The notes beneath the pieces were generated by a model, which was not told the origin of the DNA, ran no database searches, and was given only the letters and a program-made list of their open reading frames with translations. 64,000 nt of DNA from a candidate division WWE3 bacterium (GTDB taxonomy: Bacteria; Patescibacteriota; WWE3; 2-01-FULL-39-13), in the NCBI GenBank assembly GCA_027002375.1, contig JALWZX010000011.1:18317-82316 (forward strand), in the 5' to 3' direction. Both the position numbers and the translations under genes were made by a program. Shown piece after piece: positions 1-10,400 of the stretch. How positions within the stretch are numbered: position 1 is the stretch's first letter; every line of letters begins with the position of its first letter.

Positions 1-49
1 TACGCAACTACCAGCTTTACAAGCGCTATGGACACGATATAATTCTTGC

Positions 50-568
50 ATGGGACAACAAATCAAGCGTATTCCTCGTACAGAAATAGGAAAAAGGTTA
101 ACCCTCGAAAGCATTCAGGATATCCTATACGGCACAGATTACCAACTGAATACTTTAGATACTGGTGAAGAAATTATCGTGGGAACAAGAACAGATGTAG
201 AAAACCCATTAAACAGATTTGCACATACGAACAACGAATATCTTTTTCCACTTGCTGTTACGACTTATGTTAATGTTTGGGAACATGGACTCGGCGTTCT
301 ACATATTACCACTCCAAATCGGGGGCGTCCCGGTTCACGCATAAAAGTAACCGTGATATGTGCAGTACCTGAAAAAAACGACAAATTTGTAGGATTAGGT
401 TTACTTGGACCTACCGTTAACTTCACCAATGCGTCTATCTATATTAATCAGATTGAACAACTAATGAGAAATGTGCAAGAAACACATAATACAGATTTTA
501 CAGATTACTCTCCGCTGTTTGAATTAATCCGTGCAATAAGCCACCCTACCTCGGCAGATAACTCTTGA
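50..568 (+). CDS. hypothetical protein (172 aa, ORFan-like)
   Basis: Open frame with TATAAT (38-43) 6 nt before the ATG; no recognisable motif; 3' end overlaps the convergent Lon-like gene by 23 bp. Confidence 0.7.
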   Translation: MGQQIKRIPRTEIGKRLTLESIQDILYGTDYQLNTLDTGEEIIVGTRTDVENPLNRFAHTNNEYLFPLAVTTYVNVWEHGLGVLHITTPNRGRPGSRIKVTVICAVPEKNDKFVGLGLLGPTVNFTNASIYINQIEQLMRNVQETHNTDFTDYSPLFELIRAISHPTSADNS

Positions 569-2087
569 AATTCTCAGGTGTAATGTAAACCTTAGTAGTT
601 TTCCCTGTAATAATTTCTAGCGCGGCTTTGCGTGCCATATTCTCTAACATTCTCTGAAGCGAACGAATTCCACTATCAAAACCAAGAGGTCTAATCAAAA
701 CTGGCCAAACATCTGGCGAAAACTCTAACTGATCTTCTTCTAGCCCTGTTGTCTGACGAACACGTGGCAATAAATAATCGCGCGCAATAGCCTGCTTTTC
801 TTCATCTGTATACGAACCCATCTTTATAACTTCCAAACGATCAAGCAAAGCCGCGCTAAACGTACCAATCTTATTTGCGGAAACAATAAACATCACATCA
901 GACAAATCAAACGGATAATCCAAATAGTGATCTCTAAACGATGTATTTTGCTCAGGGTCTAAAATTTCAAGCATTGTTGCCATAACATCAGCCAACAAAC
1001 CTGCCTGCCCAGATGCCTTATCAAGCTCATCAAGCAATATTATTGGGTTTCGCACATCTGTTCTAACCAATGCCTTAATTATCTGACCAGGTTCTGCACC
1101 TTCAACGGCCTTATTTCTTCCACGAATTTCTAAAATTGAACCAATAGCACCCATTGAAATACGATAAAACGGCCTATTTAATGCTTTTGCGATACTCTTT
1201 GCCATTGTAGTTTTACCTATACCCTGAAGCCCCACCATACACAAAACTGGCGATCTTTTCATAGCCTTAAAATCCTTCTTTTGTGCCAACAATTTTCGCA
1301 TAGCAATATACTGTAAAACACGTTCTTTCACTGGCTCTAATCCATAGTGATTTGCATCCAACGTCTGCTTAACTCGCTCAATATCTAAAACCTCATCTGC
1401 AAACTTGTTCCATGGAACCTTAACCACCCAATCAATATAATTACTCAAAATGTCGTATTCACGCGAATAAACACCCGTTCGCGCCATTCTTTCTAAACGC
1501 TTAATCATCGTATAAATCTGTTCTTTTAAATCTTCAGGCGAAGCACTTTGTTCAATCTTTGTTCGCAATGCTTCAATTTCCTGCATTTCTTGACTATTTT
1601 TATTTGTGGAAATTCCGCCGTTCATTCCACTCCCCTGCTTATTAACTGTTTCTACTCTTTCAGTTTGCGTACCACCATCTTGCTTACTACTTGCATAATT
1701 ATCATCGTGATTAGTCCCAGTTTGGGCGCTTAGGTTTTGATTAACATTATTCTGACCAACGCTACTACTAATATCAGCCTGCCCAATGCTGTCCCGATTA
1801 GTACCTATTTGAGTGTCTAAATTCACGTTAACGTTATTCGGCCCCACATTACCGTCAACACCAAATTGCCCAGTGCCATTTTGATTGGTTGTACTTTGGC
1901 CAGTTACTTCTCTAACATCACCACCTTGATTACCACCCGTTGTATTGTCTTGATTTGAACTAGAATTGTTTTGAGAATTAAAACTACCAACAGAACCCGT
2001 ATTTACAACATCGTTTCTATTATTTCCCCCACTAAAATCATTAAAGGAATTATTATTTGAAAAAGAATTGTGTTGGGCAGTATCCAT
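546..2087 (-). CDS. Lon-like AAA+ ATPase lacking the C-terminal protease domain, with N/S/G/Q-rich disordered N-terminus
   Basis: Lon AAA motifs: NHYGLEPVKERVLQY, Walker A GLQGIGKT, NPIILLDELDK, LLEILDPEQN-like (MLEILDPEQNTSFRDHYLD), LLDRLEVI; protein ends at ITPENFKSYLPR, before any Ser-Lys protease domain. Confidence 0.85.
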   Translation of the reverse strand: MDTAQHNSFSNNNSFNDFSGGNNRNDVVNTGSVGSFNSQNNSSSNQDNTTGGNQGGDVREVTGQSTTNQNGTGQFGVDGNVGPNNVNVNLDTQIGTNRDSIGQADISSSVGQNNVNQNLSAQTGTNHDDNYASSKQDGGTQTERVETVNKQGSGMNGGISTNKNSQEMQEIEALRTKIEQSASPEDLKEQIYTMIKRLERMARTGVYSREYDILSNYIDWVVKVPWNKFADEVLDIERVKQTLDANHYGLEPVKERVLQYIAMRKLLAQKKDFKAMKRSPVLCMVGLQGIGKTTMAKSIAKALNRPFYRISMGAIGSILEIRGRNKAVEGAEPGQIIKALVRTDVRNPIILLDELDKASGQAGLLADVMATMLEILDPEQNTSFRDHYLDYPFDLSDVMFIVSANKIGTFSAALLDRLEVIKMGSYTDEEKQAIARDYLLPRVRQTTGLEEDQLEFSPDVWPVLIRPLGFDSGIRSLQRMLENMARKAALEIITGKTTKVYITPENFKSYLPR

Positions 2088-2130
2088 GTGATTAGTATAT
2101 CAAAGGTATGTTTTTATAAAAAGCACATTG

Positions 2131-2186
2131 TGAAGCTTGCACAGTCATCATTTTGCACTTTTCTCACTAAAGCGAGTATAGATTAC
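2131..2186. repeat. repeat family B, degenerate partial copy
   Basis: agcttgcacagtcatcattttgcacttttctcactaaagcgagtatagattac aligns to the first half of 60633-60744. Confidence 0.55.
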
Positions 2187-2698
2187 TGAGCAAAACCAGA
2201 GTAATCATCGTTGTCTACAACAGTAACGCTCGTTTTCACATTTCCTGACTGAGTATTATTAGTGGAATTCGTATTCGTTTCTGTATCACCAGTTGATATA
2301 CCATCATAATCAGAATTTGTATTGTTCGTATTTGAAGGCAAAGTCACGTTACCAAACCCATCGCTGTCCTCATTATTCTTATTTTGCCCACTATTTCCCG
2401 TGCCAAACCCGTCATAATCTTGGGAATTAGCATCGTTATTCATATCACCATTGTATTCTGTCTCAACACCAGCAACTGCACCATTATCGTTATTTTGATC
2501 TGTAGCATCAACTTTTTCTACAGGTGCTGTATCAGTAATCTCTTTATTTTCTGTGCCACTAGTAGTTGCATCATCATGTGCAACTTGGCTTTTCTTAGAC
2601 ACAATTACCCCTGCTACTGCGCCGAATCCAACAAAAAGAACTACTATAACAATTGGTATTATCATTGATTTAAATTCCATTTTAATTTTAGTTGTCAA
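2183..2698 (-). CDS. membrane-anchored acidic low-complexity protein
   Basis: N-terminal TM (IIPIVIVVLFVGFGAVAGVIV), D/N/T-rich tail with repeated DYDG(F/I)(G/S)TG; start could be a downstream ATG. Confidence 0.75.
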   Translation of the reverse strand: MTTKIKMEFKSMIIPIVIVVLFVGFGAVAGVIVSKKSQVAHDDATTSGTENKEITDTAPVEKVDATDQNNDNGAVAGVETEYNGDMNNDANSQDYDGFGTGNSGQNKNNEDSDGFGNVTLPSNTNNTNSDYDGISTGDTETNTNSTNNTQSGNVKTSVTVVDNDDYSGFAQ

Positions 2699-2766
2699 TT
2701 TTAGTACTACTATGTTCCAAAATTAACTCTCACTATTTTAATGGTATTCACAAACAAAAACAATCT

Positions 2767-4239
2767 TTAGTTCTGCCCTTCGACTTTTGGCAAACGTCCA
2801 AATAATATTATCGAAGGCTCTACCATTTCACCCGATAGTATATCACAGATGGTCTGACTTGTCTTTACCAAAATTGGCTTTAATAAAACACCTATATCAA
2901 AAACTTTATCAAATACATTCTGCAAAATCTCTGCTTTTTCTTTATCATTCTTTTTCCATGGTTCATTCGCATTCAGATACTCGTTTGATTCCCTAACTAA
3001 TTGGGAAATCTCATTAATAACGTCATGAAGGCGGAATTCCTCATAACTATTCAAAATATTTTCATGCTCAGATATAACCTCTTGATACTCACGAACTTCG
3101 GCTAGAACTTCAACATCACGCCCCATTTTATTAATTCGCGAAACTAAATTGCCTAGCCCATTAACCAAATCAGACGTATATTTACTATCAAACAAACCAA
3201 AACTTGCATCAGAATCGTCTTTGTATGGCAAATAAGCAAGCACCAAATAACGCGTAGCATCGATACCATAACGATCTATTAGAGCTGGAACATCAATAAC
3301 ATTACCCTTAGACTTACTTATTTTATCACCACCAACAGTTAAAAAACTGTGAACAAACGTAGACTTAGGAACATCATACCCTGCAGAAAGCAACATCGCT
3401 GGCCAGATAACATTATGAAACCACGAAATATCTTTACCCAAAACATGCGTAGCGTACTGCCAAAAATCTTGATTTTTATTAATTTCTAGAGAAGATAGAT
3501 AATTGATCAACGCATCTACCCAAACATAAACAGTTTGTTTGTCATCATCAGGAAAACCAACAGCCCATGAAACCTTATCAGCAGGTCTTGAAATACTTTG
3601 ATCTTCTAGCCCACCCTGAATTCTTGCTACTATTTCGTTCTTCTTACCAATTGGGTAAATTTTAAGAGTATCATTTTCTATTAATTTAAGTAGTTTATCA
3701 GAATATTTAGATAGCTTGAAAAAATAATTTTCTTCTTCAATCTTTATAACCTGATCTGGCCTATGAAGTGGGCACAAACCATCTTCAGTCATCTCGGATT
3801 TTGTTAAAAATTTTTCACACCCATAACAATAAACACCTTCGTACTTATCTTTATAAACATCACCTGCGTCAATCAATTTCTGCACAAAATTTTTAACAAA
3901 ATCCTCATGCTCCTTATTCGTTGTTCTTACAAAATAATCATAAGAAATCAACACATCATCAAATTTTTCTTTAAAATAATTCGACCTCATATCAACATAA
4001 TCTTGTAAATTATCATACCCAAGCTTTTTCGCAGACTGCTCAACCGTTGTACCATGCTCATCAGTGCCTGTGGTAAAAAACACGTTTTGACTTCCAAATA
4101 ACAATCTATAATGTCTAGCCAAAACATCCGTAACAGTAGTCGTCAAAAGATGCCCAATATGAGGCTCGCCATTAGCATAAAAAATCGGCGTAGTTAAATA
4201 TTTCTTTCTATTCATTTTATTATCATTAGTGGAATTCAT
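2767..4239 (-). CDS. metG: methionine--tRNA ligase (short form, no C-terminal dimerisation domain)
   Basis: TTPIFYANGEPHIGH (HIGH), TGTDEHG, Zn knuckle CYGCE...CPLH, YVWVDALINY, KISKS (KMSKS variant). Confidence 0.97.
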   Translation of the reverse strand: MNSTNDNKMNRKKYLTTPIFYANGEPHIGHLLTTTVTDVLARHYRLLFGSQNVFFTTGTDEHGTTVEQSAKKLGYDNLQDYVDMRSNYFKEKFDDVLISYDYFVRTTNKEHEDFVKNFVQKLIDAGDVYKDKYEGVYCYGCEKFLTKSEMTEDGLCPLHRPDQVIKIEEENYFFKLSKYSDKLLKLIENDTLKIYPIGKKNEIVARIQGGLEDQSISRPADKVSWAVGFPDDDKQTVYVWVDALINYLSSLEINKNQDFWQYATHVLGKDISWFHNVIWPAMLLSAGYDVPKSTFVHSFLTVGGDKISKSKGNVIDVPALIDRYGIDATRYLVLAYLPYKDDSDASFGLFDSKYTSDLVNGLGNLVSRINKMGRDVEVLAEVREYQEVISEHENILNSYEEFRLHDVINEISQLVRESNEYLNANEPWKKNDKEKAEILQNVFDKVFDIGVLLKPILVKTSQTICDILSGEMVEPSIILFGRLPKVEGQN

Positions 4240-4404
4240 ATGATGATTTTAACACAAAATAAAAAGCTAGTAATGGTAAATATCCTGACTAAAGTTTAGA
4301 ATTTTCTATGATTGTGTTTGTTCACACATCTCCCACCTGAAATGGATTAATTCTATAGGCGTGGTAACGATTAAAACAAACACCACCTCACCCAACACCG
4401 CAAA

Positions 4405-7400
4405 TTAGTTTACGCAAGAATTCAAGTCAACTTTTGCGTTCCCCTTACAATACATATAAGTTTCTACATCTGACGATTTATTGCATGTGTTATCTAATAT
4501 AAATCTATCACATCTTTTCTCGTTATTTGTGCTTGAAACTAAAACAAGATTTAAATCACCGCTTGGATCACTACTATAAAAGTCGTTATCAAACCTAAAC
4601 ACTATGTCACCATACGGATAAAACCCATCTAAAAGTGGCACCCTAAATGGGTATTTATGATTTGATAAGTCTTCTACAAATGCTGTTCCAATCAACCTAT
4701 CATTCAGCATTATAGAAAGTTTCGCCCTTTTAGATTTAGCGATACCAGACACCTGCGATCTAGCTATCACGTATTCGATACGGCTGTTCTGCGTATCATC
4801 GCCGACAACTCTTATATCTCCGCCACAATACATGTGTAAGTCGAAATTCTCATCAAAAAAGTTATATTTGCAGTATGAAGCAGATAAATTGTCATAAACT
4901 ACATTAGTATCATTATCTTTAATACTCTTTATTACCAAGTTAACGTCTAAACCTGATTCTTCAGACGAATCATCGTTATCATAAACAAAATCCAAATCTT
5001 TTATATCAGTACCTACAGGCACTTCTACAACATAATCATTAAAATCATCTTTATCAATATAAACACTAGTATACTTTGTATCACCATTGTAGACAGAAAT
5101 TCTCGGCAACCTGTCAACATCACCAAAATTCTCTTTCTTTGCCGACATAACTATTTTTTTAGTTCGCGGACTTTCAGGTTTCAAGCACCTTATTGCAACG
5201 GGTGAATTCCAAATTTCAGTATCATTCCCACCTGTACCTTCTATATTTTTAGCAACAATATAAACCTTATGCTCCACTTCGTCATTTATGTAATTATCTA
5301 AATTCACAGAAAACCCATGATATGCGAATTTCTTTCCACCGAATTGTACTTCGAGATCGCTTCTATAATCATCGGCAACCATATCTTTAATTCTATTACT
5401 AGGGTCATCTATCGCTATATTTATACCAACGCCCTCTGCTGGTTTGTCTTGATCCCTAACCCATCCTTTTACAGTACATATGTCATTTTTAGCCACAACC
5501 ATACCTTGTGGGTCAAATAAGTTCAGGTCATTAATAACGTCGGTAGCTTCGTCTGAACAACCATCGTCACTTATCACTACTTTGTATTTAAATTTACTAT
5601 TTAGGGGGAATTCATCAGTTGTATTTCGCTCATCCTTGTAGTTGTACACATCGGCGAAATTGTAATCAGTATTTTTTGCAACAGCAACGTTGTTAACAAT
5701 GGTCTTCTCAACAGTTATGCCATCAGACACATAAATTCTGCTTAATTTTAACCGTGCACCATCTGAAATATCAGACCCTGTCTTTATGCTTACTGTAACT
5801 TTAACCGATGGGGCTGGATTTATTGATTGTATCACATTAATATTATCGAATTTAATACTATTATCCGAGAAACATATATTGCCTGGTGGCGGATTATTAT
5901 CGATTGTATATTTCAATAAATACCACGAATGATTTTTAACCTTTATCGTGTCATTACTTAAATCAACCGTCTTAGGTGCCACAGTGTTCAACACATTATC
6001 AGCATTTCTGTAATCTACCAAAACACCATTCAATGCACTACGATCTGCATCATATATACAGCTACTACCCCTGCTCTCTTCATAACATCCAACAACATAT
6101 TCTTGAACATTAGACTTATCTAAATTAAGTCCACCCGGTAAATTTAACTTTACGCTTGAATAACCATCTCTGATATGCCTGTTAACGATTACAAAATAAA
6201 CAGCATTCTTTTTATCTGTATAAGCGTATGTGCTAACAGTTTCTTCCTTGTCATTATTTGTTTCTAACATATATGGTGCCCTCGATATGTACTTGTCATA
6301 TAATTTAAAGGTTAAATACGGAGGACTAACATTTCCATACCCACTTATAATTGAATCGCCGCCCCATGTAGAGAAGTGCGTAGCACCATATACCCCCAAT
6401 TTTGCGTATCTACTCAACATGTCAGCGGTAAATAATTCATCCGAAACGGTACCCCATGCCACACTGGTCGAACCTGAAGTTTCCCATTCTGTTGGTATAT
6501 ATTTAACATTAGAAAGCCCTTTGTTATTCAAATATTGAGTAGAACATTCATAAAAAGCATCTAAGAACTTATAGCTTTCAATATCTTTTTCTATTTTACT
6601 TTTAACATTATCAGAAAGATTAACATTTACATTCCCAATAACAATCTCTTTACCACGTTCATCTGACGTAACAATTTCGTTTACACTTCGATCGCAATAG
6701 ACATCCTTACCGTAATTCGCAAGTGAGTTGTCTACACATGCCTTCTTGTCAACACTATCGTTTACCCTACACAATCCATCACCCCATGCGCGAAGTGGGT
6801 AACTGTGAGGTGTCCAAAAATCTGGTTTCGCAATATTACCGTTATCAACTTTGTTAAAACCGTCCCAAAACCCATTCAAACTATATTTCCATGAATCACC
6901 GTAACCAATATATGCACCAAGTTCTACATCAGAATATCTCTGTTTAAATCTTTTTGCAAAAAGTGCGTACATTTCGCCATACAATTTATAACGCGCATAA
7001 ACTCTGTCGTGTCCAATACCATAATTATAACTATTATCATAATTGGTCCACCAAATCTCGGGCTCTGAACCAAACTCTACATATTTAATAGGCTTTCCAA
7101 CTTCTTTTGAATAATCAATTATGTCAAAAAGTTCGCGAATCATCTCATCGAAATCAGGATTGTTTATGACATCATTTCTAATTGCGTCGGCATTTGTATT
7201 GCAGTGCCCGCTTTTACAACTTGACGGTTCTATAGTCGCCCCTGGTTGTACAGAAAAGATAAAATCGCCATTTATACTCTTGGCTAAAGATAAGTATTTA
7301 TCTAATAACCCACTTGTTAAAGGAAATCTACCATCTTTAAAAACAACACGATTAAAATCACTATCATCTACCAGCTCTTGCCCAACCGAATTCCCATTAT

Positions 7401-10400
7401 TATCAACTTCTCTTATACTAAATTTGTCAACTATCAATTTAGTATTATCGTCATTTCTGTCAGTTAACCCAATAACGATTCTAACCACCCCAGCATCTTT
7501 ATTAAGTAACGGATTATATGTAAAGTAGATACTTTTGGTTTTATGATTAGAAGTATTATCAACGTTTTGTACATTCTCATCAAACAACATTGTAGATCCA
7601 ATATAAAACCTTAACTGATCTTTATATACAACCGTTCCCCTTAATCGCATTTTGTTATTAACCATAGCATGATCACCTATTACAGAGTATACAACTGACA
7701 CTTTATATTTAGCACCTTTCTTAAACTTTTTGGCATCAATATATTGAAAAATTCTACCACTTCGAACAAATTCTACAGAACTACCATCATACTTTTTTAT
7801 ATAGTCATCCGAACCAGATGCGAATGACCATTCGTTAATATCTGGGTTTGGTATATACACATAAGATTTGTCACTATACCTGTATAAAGGCACTTTCAAA
7901 TCTTTTAATGGTGCAATATATAAACTCTCATCGTTTTCATTCAAGACTGACGATGCCTTAGGCGTTAAATTTTGACCTAGAAGAGCTCTACTAAAAGCTG
8001 AGACATACTTATTTTCGACATTCATCTCTAAACTTGAAATTTCTGTACCAGAGAATCCAGTTATTTCGTCAGTTTCGTTGTCATTAGTTACATTTTTCAT
8101 CAAAGTAACATTATCAATATAAAAATCGTTTGAGGCATTTGAATCTGAAAGAAAGTATAAATTATACTTTCTTCCGCTATGTGCTTTGAACACTAGATTT
8201 ATATTATCCCAATTCTCAGATTTGCTAACATCTTGTACAACAACAACACTGTCATCAGTAGCATCCTTAATAAAAACCCTCAATTTTCCTCTCTCTACAA
8301 ATACATCTGCACTAATAGAATATGTATTAGAATCTAGCAACAAATCACTATCATATTTAATTCCCACCTCTGCACCTTCTGCGTGAATCTTTTGACTCTT
8401 TTTTCCGGTAGCTGATTTGACACTCGTAACCAAGAATCCCTGTGGGACTGTTACCGGCCCCACTCTTCGCCATTTATTACCTACTGTACCAACAGTACAA
8501 ACCTGTGATTTCTCAACCTCAGTTTTGGTGTCATTAGTTTCAAAACCTGCCGAATCGCCTACATCAAATGTTTGTACGCCTGTGCCGGCTGTCGTAAGAA
8601 TTAATTCACTAATAACATCTCTACCATCACTGTTATCCTTTAGCATAATATCGAAACCGTTTGGCCATCGTGGCTTTAAGTAATCAGGTAAGTTAGAATT
8701 AGAATCCCCAATAGCACCATTAAATACAGGGTTCTCTATTATCCACGATCCCGACACCCACTTTTTAGTATTATGTTTTTTGACTGTGACCAATTTAGTT
8801 GATCCACTTTCCCCAGCGTACACAATATCAAATGTACCGTTATCATTGTCTAACCACGTCATTTTCAACAACACTTTTTTACCATTCAACTTTTTCACCC
8901 ATTCATCGTCAACATCTATTAGTATATTTTTATCAATGTATCGCGCAGAATAATATCTCCAATCGTTTTTACCTTCCCCAGTTGATTTAGTCAGGTCTCT
9001 AAATTCCTTATCCTTAGACCAAGCTGTTAAATCATCACTATTTTTTGGCGACCACCTATTAGCTAATTCCAAATCAGTTTTCATACCGTATGTGTAATTA
9101 AAATAATCAAAACAATAAAAGTTATCGTTGACGGGCCGACCTTTAAAAGTTATCCATATAGTATCGTTGTCTTTTGGTGGAATTCCTAGGTATTTATTAC
9201 CGAATGCTATTATATCTTGTGGTATCTTATACCACGATCCAGTTACTGGATCATTTGGATCATTAGACATCCATAACATTATTCTTCTATTCCTTCTAGC
9301 AACTGAATTTCTAAAAGTCCACTCGAACAATGCTCTAGATGACACATATGGTTCATAGAAATGATGATATTCTCTATTAGACGGATACCCCCACCCTAAT
9401 GCCTCAGCTTCTAACCACATGGTATGCATATGCACATCAAAATCGGCGGGCGTGTACTTAGGATATTGTAACTGCATATAGATCCTGTTGTATCTCTTGT
9501 CAAATGCTTTCAAACATCCAGTCTGAATAGGATATAGACCACTTTCTTGAATTCCAACTCTGTATTTAGCCAAATACTTACGCCATGCCTCACCCATAAA
9601 TGGAAAAACATAACCTGAACTGGTCTGTACTGAAATATCCTTAGACACATCTTTCCACTCTTCCCCAATCTCAGATACAACGGGTACAATATAATCGTAA
9701 ACATATCTAGGATCCTTAGTCTCTTTGTACTTATATGAGGAATTCATAAACGCATCTCTCCACGCGTCTGTTGAACACCCGCCATATTGTGTAGTCATCC
9801 ATGGCTTAGCTTCACCAGCTGACCCTGGACCATAAACAACTCCTATAACACGATCGTCATTCTTAAATTCTTTTGCAAAGCTTCTTGTCCATTTCTTCAT
9901 TTCACTAATTGTGGAGGGCGACAAATAATTCAGTCTCCATGCCGAACATTTCGCATCGTCATTTACATAAATCATGTTACTGGGGTTTGAAGCTATTCTT
10001 TGTGGAACGTATGCATCGTACTGTTGCCCGTTTGGAAGTTTACTAAAATCACTATATCCACTGGACATCAATCTGATAATAACTTTGTTTTCAGGTCTAA
10101 GCTTGTTCAACTGATTCTTAATTCTGCCCCAATCGCCATCCGTTTGCGCCCAAGAAACATTCATTAAGATAATGTGAACACCAGGGTTCCTATCTATCCA
10201 CCTTTGAGCATCGTCTATATCGCTCCTATCAACCATTAAGCCACTTGTGTTAATCGTATCCTTACGCACTGGCTCCGGAAGCTTGTATGTCTTTACATCC
10301 ATATCGTCAGAATCGTTAGGGATAATTCCACCGGCTGGTATGTTTTCTACATTATCCGACAAGTCAGGTGTACTATTTTTTTCATTCTGCGACGCATCGT

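Noticed and set aside
4280-4310. Possible additional repeat A remnant (cctgactaaagtttagaattttct)
   Set aside because: Similarity is too short and weak to support by eye
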